From Neoechinorhynchus agilis (lineage: Eukaryota; Animalia; Acanthocephala), in assembly GCA_051530055.1 (NCBI GenBank), contig CM121342.1, positions 11,113,480-11,177,479 of the forward strand: DNA of 64,000 nt, given 5' to 3'. Shown piece by piece: positions 31,816 to 42,590 of the stretch. The position numbers were made by a program, and so were the translations under genes. Position 1 is the first letter of the stretch, and each line of letters begins with the position of its first letter. The notes under the pieces were generated by a model, which was not told where the DNA came from, did not search any database, and was given only the letters and a program-made list of their open reading frames with translations.

Positions 31816-33330
31816 ATGAAAGTATCAGACGTTGAAGCATTGCAGGCTTGGCTTCTGGAGGTTCTACCTCCAATGTGCAGTGCGGATCCCAATATCCTGT
31901 CTCGATATATTCTCGCTTTGGTTCAAAAGGACAAACCCGAAAGCGATCTTAGGCAGATTTGCGTAAGCCAGCTTCGGATTTTTCTGATGGACGAAACCGA
32001 TCGTTTTTTGGACCTTCTGTTTGATTGCATGCGAACAGAGAGTTATTTGGCGACGTCGAAGGAGCAGCCTTTAAACGAAGAAACAAGTCGACATCTTAAG
32101 TCTCAAGCCGAAGATCCTCGCCGAGCTCGTCGGCGATCATCGTCTTCGTCGTCCCCGATGCCACCAAGACATCGCCGACGGAGTGAAGAAGGTGATGATC
32201 AAAGGAGGAGGAGAGCGAGAGACTTTAGGAGACGGTCTCCACCAGTGCACAGAAACCGGACTGAATTTCGTCAGCGGCCGAATGACGCCAACGTCGACCG
32301 ACCTCAGCCGATTCAGTCGGTTGTTCAGGCGGTTCCACATCGTCGAAGAAGACGATATTCTCCACCGCAACACGGTCCTCCGGCCGCTGACCGTCAATCA
32401 CGCAACGTGGTTCCTGTTCTTCGCACTCTTTGGGACGAGAGCTCTGCTTTAATCGAAGAACCGAAGAATGAACCGACGCAAACAAACTCGTCTGAACCTC
32501 ATTATCAACCGCAGATTCAAGAATCAAAGCGACGGAAAAGTGATCAAATGAAGTCCTCAACCATCGAGGTCCGTCGGATTCCAGTGAGTCAAAATAACGT
32601 AACGGATCTTGGACAACATTTCTCGAGGTTCGGACGCATCACTAACATTCAAATTTCTCATGAAAATCAACCCGACACGGCGCTAATCACATTCTCAGCT
32701 TCGCACGAAGCGGAACGCGCGTTCCGCAGTCCTGATCCGGTTCTCAACAATCGATTCATTCGACTTAGCAGGTACTTTTCCGAACCGTTACCCGTGATGC
32801 CCAACATGGAATCGGTTGGTGTTCAGCGCCAACCTTCTACCCGGATTTTCAACCAACGACCGCAATCAATGAGACCGTTTCGAACAATGTCGCATTTTGT
32901 TCCTTTTGCTCCTCAGCGCTTTCCCAGGCGTTTACGGCCACCACCTCAGCGCTTTCCCAGGCGTTTACGGCCACCATCGAATCTTCCTAATAGATTTGCA
33001 AATCCTCAACTCTTCAACAAAAAGAATGAAGTATACGAAAATAAAAACGGAAATAAAAATCGGCCTCGTTACGAAGAACTTAAAGAAGACTACAATATTT
33101 TGGACGCTTTAGTCGCCGAGCAGAAAAAAATGTTCGATACTTATGAACAAATTCAGAACGATCAAGACAAGGCGAAGTTAAGCGCTGCTTTGAGTGATCT
33201 CCTTGAACTCATTGAACGCCAGAATCGTTTTGTAAAAGAAAAAGTGAAAGCGTTAGAAGAAAAAAACGAGATTGATGAGGTAGTGAACGAAGCAACTGTT
33301 GACGATCAGCAAGGCCAGTGTCAGAAATGA
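31816..33330 (+). CDS. RBM26: RBM26/RBM27-like protein (PWI, RS-rich region, RRM, C-terminal coiled coil)
   Basis: N-terminus EALQAWL..L.P.C.ADP..LSRYILALVQKDK...L...C..QL..FL..ET; RRM TIEVRRIP...HFSRFGRI.NIQI...A.I.F...EA..A..SPDPVLNNRFI. The ATG at 31816 follows a pyrimidine-rich AG. Confidence 0.85.
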   Translation: MKVSDVEALQAWLLEVLPPMCSADPNILSRYILALVQKDKPESDLRQICVSQLRIFLMDETDRFLDLLFDCMRTESYLATSKEQPLNEETSRHLKSQAEDPRRARRRSSSSSSPMPPRHRRRSEEGDDQRRRRARDFRRRSPPVHRNRTEFRQRPNDANVDRPQPIQSVVQAVPHRRRRRYSPPQHGPPAADRQSRNVVPVLRTLWDESSALIEEPKNEPTQTNSSEPHYQPQIQESKRRKSDQMKSSTIEVRRIPVSQNNVTDLGQHFSRFGRITNIQISHENQPDTALITFSASHEAERAFRSPDPVLNNRFIRLSRYFSEPLPVMPNMESVGVQRQPSTRIFNQRPQSMRPFRTMSHFVPFAPQRFPRRLRPPPQRFPRRLRPPSNLPNRFANPQLFNKKNEVYENKNGNKNRPRYEELKEDYNILDALVAEQKKMFDTYEQIQNDQDKAKLSAALSDLLELIERQNRFVKEKVKALEEKNEIDEVVNEATVDDQQGQCQK

Positions 33331-33466
33331 GCGATTTGTGATTCGATAAAACACGGATTTTTTTAATTTGTTTTAATGTTTGCGAGTATTTAGCGTGTCA
33401 TCTCCTTCCAGAATTTTGTATGATTTTCTCGTATTTTTCTCAAAACAAAAAACATAATTATTATCC

Positions 33467-33877
33467 ATGGCAACCAGATTTCAAATTCTTTATAGCGTCC
33501 GCATCTTCGGCATTTATATGGTGTCCCATGAAGATGTGAATTCGCTCAAGGCAAATATTAACCTGATGATTGAGGAAACTTTCAAGGGTTTTAAATACGA
33601 TCTCGATTTGATAGACGCATGGAGTAAACAATTGAACGCAACAGTTTGCTCGTTGATAAGCGGCGCCCAAACCCGAACGCTAGTAACCACAACGATTAAA
33701 TGAACGACTCTTTCGAAAATGTTGCCTTGTGAGAATCGTTCAAGTATACCAGAATGGTCCAAGTATTTTGTCATGGGATGCAGGAAACTCACTGAATGTA
33801 CGGACGATCGACAACTCATCTCGGTAACGCGACATCTTGAAGATATGGTCTGCACGGTCCTTGTCAGTTTTTTCTAA
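33467..33877 (+). pseudogene. Tctex-1 family dynein light chain-like sequence split over three frames
   Basis: IEETFKGFKYD...W, then FRKCCLVRIVQ...SWD, then SV...MVCTVLV fall in successive frames. No clean splice solution found. Confidence 0.35.
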
Positions 33878-35269
33878 TAAAAGTTTCAATCTCTTCAAAC
33901 GTAAACAACTGCAAAATAAATCAAGGAATTGTTATTATTGTCTTTAGTCGTTTTTATTCTTTCAACTCGTTTCGCTAAATCAATGGAATATTTTCCGTCC
34001 ATGAGTTTTTTATTAAAATTTCTAGATAGACTGCAAATAACGGCGGGCGTTGTTTCATATCATTTGCAAGCATTTCAATGCAGCCTTTACTTGTGTCTAA
34101 ATCGTTTTATTGTTAGCAGCTAAAGAAAGGCTTATAAAATCCGTTGCAATCATCAGATCGTCTATTTAAATTTATTGCATCCGTTGACTCTTTAGATATC
34201 AAGTGAATTTTACTTTTTGATTCCTGCAGTTGTCTAAATGTTCTATTACGAATGAAATTGTGCATTTTCGTTTCCATCTTATGAATATTTAGCAAAAAAA
34301 CGTATTTCAAAAAATGATAATCATCGAATAATCGAAGAGAGTTCATACCGGGAGCAATCTTGTTATCTAACAAACAAAATAAACGTATTATTATAAAAGA
34401 AATGTTATAAAATCCGCAACAATCATAAGGGCGTATTTTTGTCCATTGTTTTACTTACTGTTGAAGCATAGATTATTAATTTTCATTTTTTATAATGTCC
34501 TTTTGGAATGAAACACAGTTGTGAACTTGAACAATAGTTATCATTAAGAGGTCGAGGTCTCGTCATTTTGAACATATTATAATTGTTAGTTTGGGGTAAA
34601 TTAGTTAATTTAAAAAGATCATAAAGTCGAAAACGACTATTGTTGAGCATTTTGATAGCACTCTAGTTTTAACTGAATGAACACACCGAAAAACGATTTC
34701 TTTTGAGAAATGGAGCCGATGACAAATTAATAACTGTTGATTTCATCAATATGTTTAAGTTTCAACGCGATTAGAAGCATTTAGATGTAAACACTAAATT
34801 TAAATAAAATTTAAACGCGAGTACTGCATACGACTTCGTGTTGAGCTCTAGCTTCAAGGCGCAAGATAAATCACGCTTTTTTTGCATAATTGCGAATGTT
34901 TCTTGTGTCATTTCGATGAAATCTCGGTTTGAATATTGGCTAGCGAACGTCATTCTTAAAAATTAAAAGAACAGCGAAAAAACATTAAACTTATACATTA
35001 AAACATATAATCAGTATATAGATTTTTGTGTGGACGATAACGTCAATTTTTTTGCGTTTTAGCTGCAAAATAAATTAGAGGTTTCCATGCTTATTAAGTT
35101 GCTATTTTTGGTGAAGGGGATAAGGAGAAAAGGTTCGTGCCCGAAGGCTACGACATAGATGTGCGGATTTTTGTTCCTTCCTCTCTCAAAAGGTTCATAA
35201 CGGATCCACATATACAAACTCTCAGCCATTGTTTTCTGAGACGGTCACCGCACCCACAAACGCGCCCTT

Positions 35270-36766
35270 CTATTGTCTTCGTTGTTGTTGTTGCTGTTGC
35301 TGTTGTTGTTGTTGTTGTTGAGACGGATGTTGATGATGATCGTCATCATGCAGCATTGGTTCCAATTTGAGTCCGGCTGCCTGTGAAGCCAGCATAACTC
35401 CGTGTTGTTCTTTGAGTTGTTTATTTTCATCAAGCAGCGCTTTGTTCTGATTTTCCAGAACTGCCACTCGTGCTTCAAGGCACTTTATGTACTCTTTTTT
35501 CTTCCTCCTGCATTCGCGTGCAGCTTCTCGATTTTTCTGCAATCTTAACTCTCGTTTCCTTTGTGCTTCAGCGGTCATCTGCTGGTTTGTGTGAGTGAGT
35601 ATTGTTTGTCCCGATTGGATGAGTAGTCCCGAGCCGGCAACATTAGCTGAAGACGAATTCTGTTGTTGCTGTTGTGTTGCGACGTTGAGCAATGATGCCG
35701 CCGTTGATGAAGTTTGAGTTGCCGGTTGGAGCTTGAAACCTTGAAGTTCTCCATACTGTGCATGGAAGAGAGATCCTGCAGCAGCGGGATAGCGGTAATG
35801 GCGAATAAGTGGCGTTCGGTGCGCACCTGCGGGAAACATGATCGACTGTTGTTGGTGGTTCGTAGTGGTCTGAACCGTGGATCCGTTGGCGATCAGAGGT
35901 AATTCAACAATTCGGTGTGGTGACCTACCCAAAGAGAGTGCGTTCACCGAAGTGGACTGGTGGTGAGGTGTTTGTTGATGAAGGTCTCCTCCAGTGAGAG
36001 CATTACTTGGAGTCGAAGACGCCAATGTGCTCGAAAACAATCTAGACGAACTAACAGCGGATGTGTTACCACCGGTAAGGGTACTGAGCCCGTACAGACT
36101 TCCTCCACCTGATCCGTTCCTCAGTCGTTCGTCAACATCTTCGTTCTCGTGTTTTACGGTGACGACCAATGACTGATCCAGAGGAGTAGGTTCGCTATCG
36201 TTAAAGCTCTGACCAATGCTGTTGATGTTGGCAACGTAACGACGTTGCCGTTGCTGCTGCTGATGATGGTACGAAGGTGTACTGACCACTGAGGTCGACA
36301 CTATCCGGTTATTGTTTGCGAATATGTCAGAGTGAGGTTTATTGGAAGTTGGGCCAGCAGCAGCAGCGGCGGCGGCGGCAGCAGCAGTATCATCCCATGA
36401 TTCCTTGTGATCGGATACTATCCGATACGATTGGAGATGCTTGAGGTCATCGGCCGATATACACATTGCATGCAAGCTCGCGTCGTCCTTATTACTGCTG
36501 CTGGTCGTGGCGGTGTTGGCATCAAATCCATTTCCGCCGGAATGATTGTCTAATGAAGGTGGCTTAATCGCCGTTCCGCTAGTCGAATGCTTCATGTCCA
36601 TCTGTTCTGAGGGAGACAATGCCCCATCCTCACAATTGGAAGGTGCATTCCGGTCGTTTACAAGCTCGTGGTCAATTTGGTCATACATCATGGGCTTCTT
36701 AGGAAGTGGCTCGGGCGAAAGCCGCCCAAGGTCAGATTTTTTCTTTTCTGGCACAGAAGACTGCAT
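35270..36766 (-). CDS. CREB: CREB/CREM/ATF1-family bZIP transcription factor, Q/A-rich
   Basis: RKRELRLQKNREAARECRRKKKEYIKCLEARVAVLENQNKAL matches the CREB-family bZIP. Start placed at ATG 36766 after an AG acceptor at about 36781; uncertain. Confidence 0.88.
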   Translation of the reverse strand: MQSSVPEKKKSDLGRLSPEPLPKKPMMYDQIDHELVNDRNAPSNCEDGALSPSEQMDMKHSTSGTAIKPPSLDNHSGGNGFDANTATTSSSNKDDASLHAMCISADDLKHLQSYRIVSDHKESWDDTAAAAAAAAAAGPTSNKPHSDIFANNNRIVSTSVVSTPSYHHQQQQRQRRYVANINSIGQSFNDSEPTPLDQSLVVTVKHENEDVDERLRNGSGGGSLYGLSTLTGGNTSAVSSSRLFSSTLASSTPSNALTGGDLHQQTPHHQSTSVNALSLGRSPHRIVELPLIANGSTVQTTTNHQQQSIMFPAGAHRTPLIRHYRYPAAAGSLFHAQYGELQGFKLQPATQTSSTAASLLNVATQQQQQNSSSANVAGSGLLIQSGQTILTHTNQQMTAEAQRKRELRLQKNREAARECRRKKKEYIKCLEARVAVLENQNKALLDENKQLKEQHGVMLASQAAGLKLEPMLHDDDHHQHPSQQQQQQQQQQQQQRRQ

Positions 36767-37634
36767 CGGATCTATCGCTCTGAAGACGGATTCCAACAAA
36801 ATGGCTGAAAACTCCGAGGATAACCACTCGAACGAACGCGCACACTGGTACGCACATGCGTATACGTCATCAGGGTTCTTTCGAGGTGACGTAGATGGTC
36901 GTGACGTATACGCTTTAGTAAACAAGACGAGCGGCGCACTAAGCGATCGGGCACTATAGAAGAAAGCAGTTTTGCCCGCAAAAGGAACCCAATTTTTACA
37001 CATGTATTTTTAAAATAAAAACCCCAATAAAAATTAACGCAAACTGAAAAAACGAGAAACAAAGAATGGAAAAAAACGTCGCTCTTAAATACAAATTTTT
37101 ATGCGATTCGCCTCGAATCTGCATATTTGGCAACGTGAGTTCTAGTCCTCACCAGCCCTATGGACGAAGCAAACTCTGTTTTCGAACCGAACGACGCTGA
37201 AAAAAGGTCAAAGAACAAAAGGACAATGGCTATCAGATGGCCTGAAAGAAGGCGTAATTAGGAAAATTGAGGGTGCTAATTGAATTACGCCACTAGATAG
37301 GCAATCGAACACTAAATCAATCGTGCAATTACGATATGGCAAATTTAACGAGATTATAGATTAGTAAGCGTAAGATTTAGTTCAAAAAAGTGGATTGCGA
37401 ACCTATAACATTGATAAAAAAAGGGGTTGAACGTATCATCACGAAGGGATTCCTATTACGTTTGGAAAATGTTTACGATAGATGGCAAATTGTTTTGTTG
37501 ACCAATTTTTTTTGTATAGTAAATAACTAATTTTTTCACTTGGAACGTCATATCGGTTGAAAAAATGTAAAAAATTGTCACGTAGACTTTTATTGTGTGT
37601 GTACGGTCGTATTGATTTAAAAAAAGATCATTAA

Positions 37635-37642
37635 TGACGTCA
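37635..37642. promoter_or_regulatory. Full palindromic cAMP-response element TGACGTCA in the CREB-like 5' region
   Basis: Exact match in the sequence; function inferred. Confidence 0.45.
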
Positions 37643-38141
37643 TTATAAATTTTTTGTAAATGTTCGCTTAGGATAACAAAAAGGCATTAAAGAGTGAACA
37701 TTGAACAAAAACGCGATTTTTTTGCCAATCGACTGATTAGTCTTAATAGTTAGTGATCAAAATGACCATGTATGATGCGGTCTCTACGTCATCGTAACTG
37801 TAATTTAGAAGGGCGCTTTCAATTTGAAAGAAGATTACGTGTGTGTTAAGAAATGAAATTTGAGGATCCATCTCATCTGCCGGCACTCACATCTCGCCCA
37901 GTCCCCTGAGTGAACTTCGTTTGCCCAACACGTGTGCGTGTGACGGAATTATATACGCGCGCGCGTGTGCGCTCGCGCGCGTTGGTATCCGCGTGTGCTG
38001 GTACGAAGTCGACGACGACGACGAGAGAGCATGACGCGATTCGATGAGGGCGCACGGAAGGCACGTTACGTCGTAGTTTTTAGATACGTGTGAAGCAACT
38101 GCGCCCTCGTCATGTCTTAATGGTGCGCGCGTTTGCTTAAA

Positions 38142-38149
38142 TGACGTCA
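38142..38149. promoter_or_regulatory. Full CRE TGACGTCA beside a CpG-rich probable first exon/promoter of the CREB-like gene
   Basis: Exact match; CpG-rich 37870-38170 with a minus-strand GTGAGT donor at about 37890. Confidence 0.45.
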
Positions 38150-40017
38150 TTCGTGCGCATAATCAGATCGGTGCGTAATGGCGCATATTAGCTTGTTTTT
38201 TTCCAAGTCCGGCGAGATGGACGCGAAATATTGAGAACTAGTAAAATCAATCGCTCGTCTGAACGTTGTTCTCTGGCCAAGAAATTAAAGTACGATTTTA
38301 TTCGGTACAATCTTGTTTTCTAATAATAATAAAAAATATCATATATCATTGTTCTCGGGGTGAATTTGATTGTGCGCTGGCGAATCCTGTCCCCGGTGTT
38401 TTCGTTACCCATTTATTATATTTGATGCAGGATCACATTCGGGTGGAAAGGTATTCTTGTTTAGCAGTTCAAACCCCGAGACGTATTCATGTTATTTAAT
38501 TTTTCGTCGACAAAATCCACCTCTTCAGATATTGCTTGTAAGTGTTTACGACGCCCACGAAATATTAAATAACATGAATACGTCTCAGGGTTTGAACCGC
38601 TCAACAAGAATGAAAAAATATATAATCATTTTAATTTCTCCGCCAGTAAACAACCACTCTTCTCACACAAAATACATAAATGAACAACTTCTTTATAGCA
38701 GTTTTGTTAGGGATTTCTCTTTTTAAAAACGAACAGGTCGAAAGTAGTTATACATTCCGAAATTTTCTAGGTCCTTGGATTATTTTGAAACTTAGGCTGA
38801 ACATTTACTCACTTTATCTTGAACTTCGATTCCATGAAATGCAATGCGCACCATTCTGCATGACCGCGTGAGGTCTTCTATGCCATGAAGGCTATGCTTG
38901 CCAGCGGAAGCTGATTTTGTTTGAAGAAGGAAATGTCAAATAAGCGTGACATTTGACAGTTCTGTTTTATAAGGTACGCTGAGGAAAAGACATGTCACCG
39001 AAGTGACGTTGACATTGAACAGTCCTAGGCGCTCATCAATCGATAATGTGCACGTCAACATCCTTCATACCATTTCGATTGCCAAGGTAAAACGTTGTTT
39101 TGGTTTTTTCGCAACTTTTCTAATTTCTCTTTTTGTGGATTTCATAGAATTTTCTTATAACGCTTAATTTTTTGCTTGACTCGTAAGTCTAAGAGAAAAT
39201 TCGTATTTTAAACTCAAATGACGAGAGTTGTAAACTTAAAGAACTGACAATCTATATGCCGATTTTTTACCGTCTACTCAAATGCGACTTTCATTTTATA
39301 ATTGTAGAAATAATTGAATTAAGCCCCAAAGATGAAATCAATGCTAACTTTTCTTTTGTTTATTTTGCCAGATCTGATTAAAATTCATTATGCTTAGAAC
39401 ACAGCCTAAGAAGCTGCTCTGAAACAACTCTTATGACAACACCTTTTATTTCAGGGAAAATACTGGCCACCGAACCATGCATCTCAGCTATCTAAGGAAA
39501 TTCTCCAAAGTTTTTGGACGGGTTTTTATTGTTCCATCTTTGCAGTTCCAAAACGTTAGTTGTCAGTTGCTGTTTTCCGCTCTTTCCTCCGAATCGATCG
39601 CATTTGGAGTATTGAACGGTTGAGAAGAAAGAGCGGAAATAGAGTGCTATGCGATGAACTGAGCGATGGAAAATGCTGCGACGACGAGTATTGCAAGTGT
39701 AAATAAAATTAGAAATGTGTGGTAGAAATTGAGGCGGAAGAGAACGAAGGCGCTCCTTGATGGACGCAGAATTTGGATGTTATTGCGAATTTAAACATTT
39801 CCGTTTTCGACTATTTCCATGACCTTGAATGACTCGTGTCGGCTAGATCCGACATTTTATTAATTTCGTAATTCATGGGGAAATGTTGAGATCGTTTCCT
39901 GACATGCGTGATTCCGTCTTATGCAATTCGATTGACAATAATCCTAGTACTTGTATATGACGAACGCAACCTTGATAAAGACACAAGATTATGCCGAAAT
40001 ATCGGATTTAATAAATT

Positions 40018-40800
40018 CAGATTATTACATGCCTTCCTCGGCTTTTTGGCATGAAGCCACACTGATCTCTTACATCAGGGAAGTGATTGAATAACTTAGA
40101 CTCTGATGTATACGATATTCGAGTTTGTACACCCAGATACCTCCAGGAAGTGGTGCTCATCAGTGAGCTTCTTTTCTTCAGCGGTATTTCATCCCTTTGG
40201 TTGTGCGTCATTGGCGATCGTGGAGGTATCTAAGAATTCGGAAGGATGTAAAAATTCCTTACCGTACGCATCAGAGTATAAGAGATTCAATTACTTCTCT
40301 GATGTAAGATATCGGTGATGCTTCATCCCAAGAAGAAAAACTAAAGAGCCGTGGAAGGGATGTCCTAAATCTGAATCAATAGAACTGGCTTGCCAGTAAA
40401 AACATTTAAGAATTCAACACTCACTCCGAGGTATAATACTAGTCGAGTTTGTACATTCCGTATTTGTGCCGAGGAGGTCAAGTGGACTTGAGCCCTGAAT
40501 CCCTATTTTAAGGTGAAAGGGTTCGAAATCCATTATCGCTGATGACGCACAACCAAAGGGACGAAATTCCGCTGAAGTCAAGAGGAAACTCACTGATGAG
40601 TCCCGCCTCCTCGGGAGGTATCTGAGAATCCGGAGGGATGCGTACAAACTCGCATACCGTATACATCAGAGTCTAAGTGATTCAGTCACTTTTCTGATGT
40701 AAGAGATCGGTGTTGCTTCATGCCAAAAAGCCGAGGAAGGGATGTAATAATCTAAATCAATAGAACCGGCTTGCCAGTAACATTTAAAAAATTAATAAAT
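40018..40800. mobile_element. Three copies of a ~350-bp SINE-like repeat (40018-40224 minus, 40225-40412 plus partial, 40458-40800 plus)
   Basis: Shared blocks TCCATTATCG, GAAATACCGCTGAA, GAAACTCACTGATGA and CTGATGTAAGA; tRNA-like A box (GGTCAAGTGG) and B-like box (GGTTCGAAATCC); A-rich tail. Confidence 0.65.
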
Positions 40801-40809
40801 TCCTTTAAA

Positions 40810-41260
40810 TGTTCCGCTATAAACAAGCATGAATAGTTCAATCTTCAAACAATAATCTTAGCGTTTAAAATGCACACATGGTCCGTTCTCGTGGGAATTG
40901 GCGGATATTGTTTGCATGAGCGCTTGTAAGGTTGATCTTTCCTCAGAATCATTTCATGTTATGATATCCGCGAACATTGGGCAGCATGGAAAAAGGAGCG
41001 TAGATACAGGGAGGTGCGATGTCGAGGGAGGATGAAACGAATTAGGATTACAATTTCAAGAGACGACGGATTTGAGATTTGGAAAGGTTGCAAAATACGG
41101 GATAACCGTAGTGAGGGATGGTAAGATAAAGCAGAAATAAAATTTGTAGAGGTCGGGTGAAGCGATTCCTAAATGTCGGAGGCGTTTGAGGAGATAAATT
41201 TCAAGTGTGGTGCTTGAGGGAGAGAGTTATGTGTGAGTCCCACTTCAAATATTTGAAACA
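40810..41260 (-). mobile_element. Degenerate CR1/L2-like LINE 3' fragment
   Basis: The minus strand gives LKWDSHI and HYGYPVFCNLSKSQIRRL. Its 3' ~40 nt (AAAC.AGCATGAATAGTTCAATCTTCAAA) recur at 58327-58366. Confidence 0.5.
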
Positions 41261-41299
41261 GGTTCTGTGATGGAGATATCAGACAAAAAATATTATATT

Positions 41300-41820
41300 G
41301 AGATATTTCGCGAAAATGCCTCGCCTCATCAGTCGTCTAAAATGATTTTAGTTGCTTTGATTCGGGGACCCTATGTCTGCTTGTCCCTTTGCGTTGTGTG
41401 GGGTTTTTCCCTGAATTTCAGCACAACGCTGACCGACTGTTTTATTCTAGTTTTATTTCCTTCCATGGCGCGCAGCGCATCAAGAAGAGAATCACCCAAA
41501 ATAAGCAAAACTGCCATCGATTTGAGCATTCCGCCGCTATATACAATCGTATAAAACGCCTTGTTCTTAAAACCTTTTCTTATATCGCTGCACCATGGAA
41601 AGAAACAACACTTTGGTTTAAAATTACAGGCCAGCGATGTGCTAAAAATCAATGAAAAAGTCCACACACCACAGAGAAAACGCGGGCGGACGTACGGTTC
41701 CCGAACCTCGAGAATGGCAATCTCACGATCCTTAGCCATGCATTTCAAGACAACTAAAATCTTTTCGGATTTTGCGAAATTGTGCAAAGTAAAGACACGC
41801 AATTTACCACGTCAATAAGA
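41300..41820. repeat. Old imperfect inverted repeat (foldback/MITE-like)
   Basis: 41335-41480 aligns to the reverse complement of about 41580-41770 (GATTTTAGTTG, GTGTGG..TTTT.C..TGA..TT.AGCAC..CGCTG.CC, TTCCATGG). Confidence 0.55.
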
Positions 41821-41889
41821 CACCTTTACTCAATTTACTGAGAAACTTAATAACGATCAAAAAGTGTTTATAAACATCAACGCCACCGA

Positions 41890-42200
41890 TCACTTAGCTG
41901 CCGTCTTGGTCGTAAAGAAAGATGCTGCGTTCCTTTCCGTTGTACAGCAGGACTAGTTTTGTAGAAATGCTCCTACCCTCGGATCATTAGTGATCCGTTT
42001 CAAACGCTAAGACAATTGCTTGACCAGTTCCTGCGCCGTGGTACCAAACGATCCGAGCGTCTCGACGCCAAAGGGAACAAAATAATGATTCCGACTCAGG
42101 TCCCTGTATTTTGTCTTTTTGCGTTCCTCAGCCGCGGTTGCTGCTCCCCTTGCGGCTTAATAGTGGCAAATTTTATGTTGCTGGCTGCGAATGGCTTTCC
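41890..42200 (-). mobile_element. CRE-type 3' fragment
   Basis: AAEERKKTKYRDLSRNHYFVPFGVETLGSFG on the minus strand. Confidence 0.8.
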
Positions 42201-42424
42201 AACGTCCGATCTATGGTCATCGAGTCGGCAAAGATTCCTCTGCTCTAGAATGTTTAGCTGAAATAAAGTATGATCATTTAGTACATCTCGACGAGCTAAA
42301 ATAGTATATTCTTGTCCGGGATTATGACAACCACATCTCCAACTCTATCATCCCAGGGATTTTCTCTTGGTGATTGGGTTCGTTAATCTTCCATTTTACA
42401 CTATTTTCCCAAACACGTTTGCAA

Positions 42425-42590
42425 ACTGGCCAATTCTTCCAGACGTTAGAATTAGTCAAATACAACGGGGCAATGCTGCCAGCGTGATGGCGACGGTCGA
42501 GGAAGGACAAAAGCTGGAATTTGGTGGGAGGTGGTGAATGTAAAGAAAAGTAACCAAATAGAAAACTGTATTACTTGTGAAAAAAAAATT
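42425..42590 (+). mobile_element. CRE-type 3' terminal fragment with poly-A
   Basis: IQRGNAASVMATVEEGQKLEFGGRW*, then an A-run at about 42580-42589. Confidence 0.75.

Noticed and set aside
35279-35330. CAA/CAG run encoding poly-Q at the CREB C-terminus
   Set aside because: An ordinary coding microsatellite in a low-complexity transcription factor.
433-36959. Many antisense or alternative-frame ORFs overlapping real genes and elements (e.g. 433-702, 5166-5435, 11273-11524, 13907-14476, 32225-32560, 36546-36959)
   Set aside because: They are shadow frames of coding sequence with no recognisable motifs.
40555-40605. Hammerhead-like words GGGAC-GAAA ... CTGATGA-GTCCC in the SINE-like repeat
   Set aside because: Stem II pairs in some copies, but no consistent stem III or UH cleavage site can be built and the core is not conserved across the five copies.
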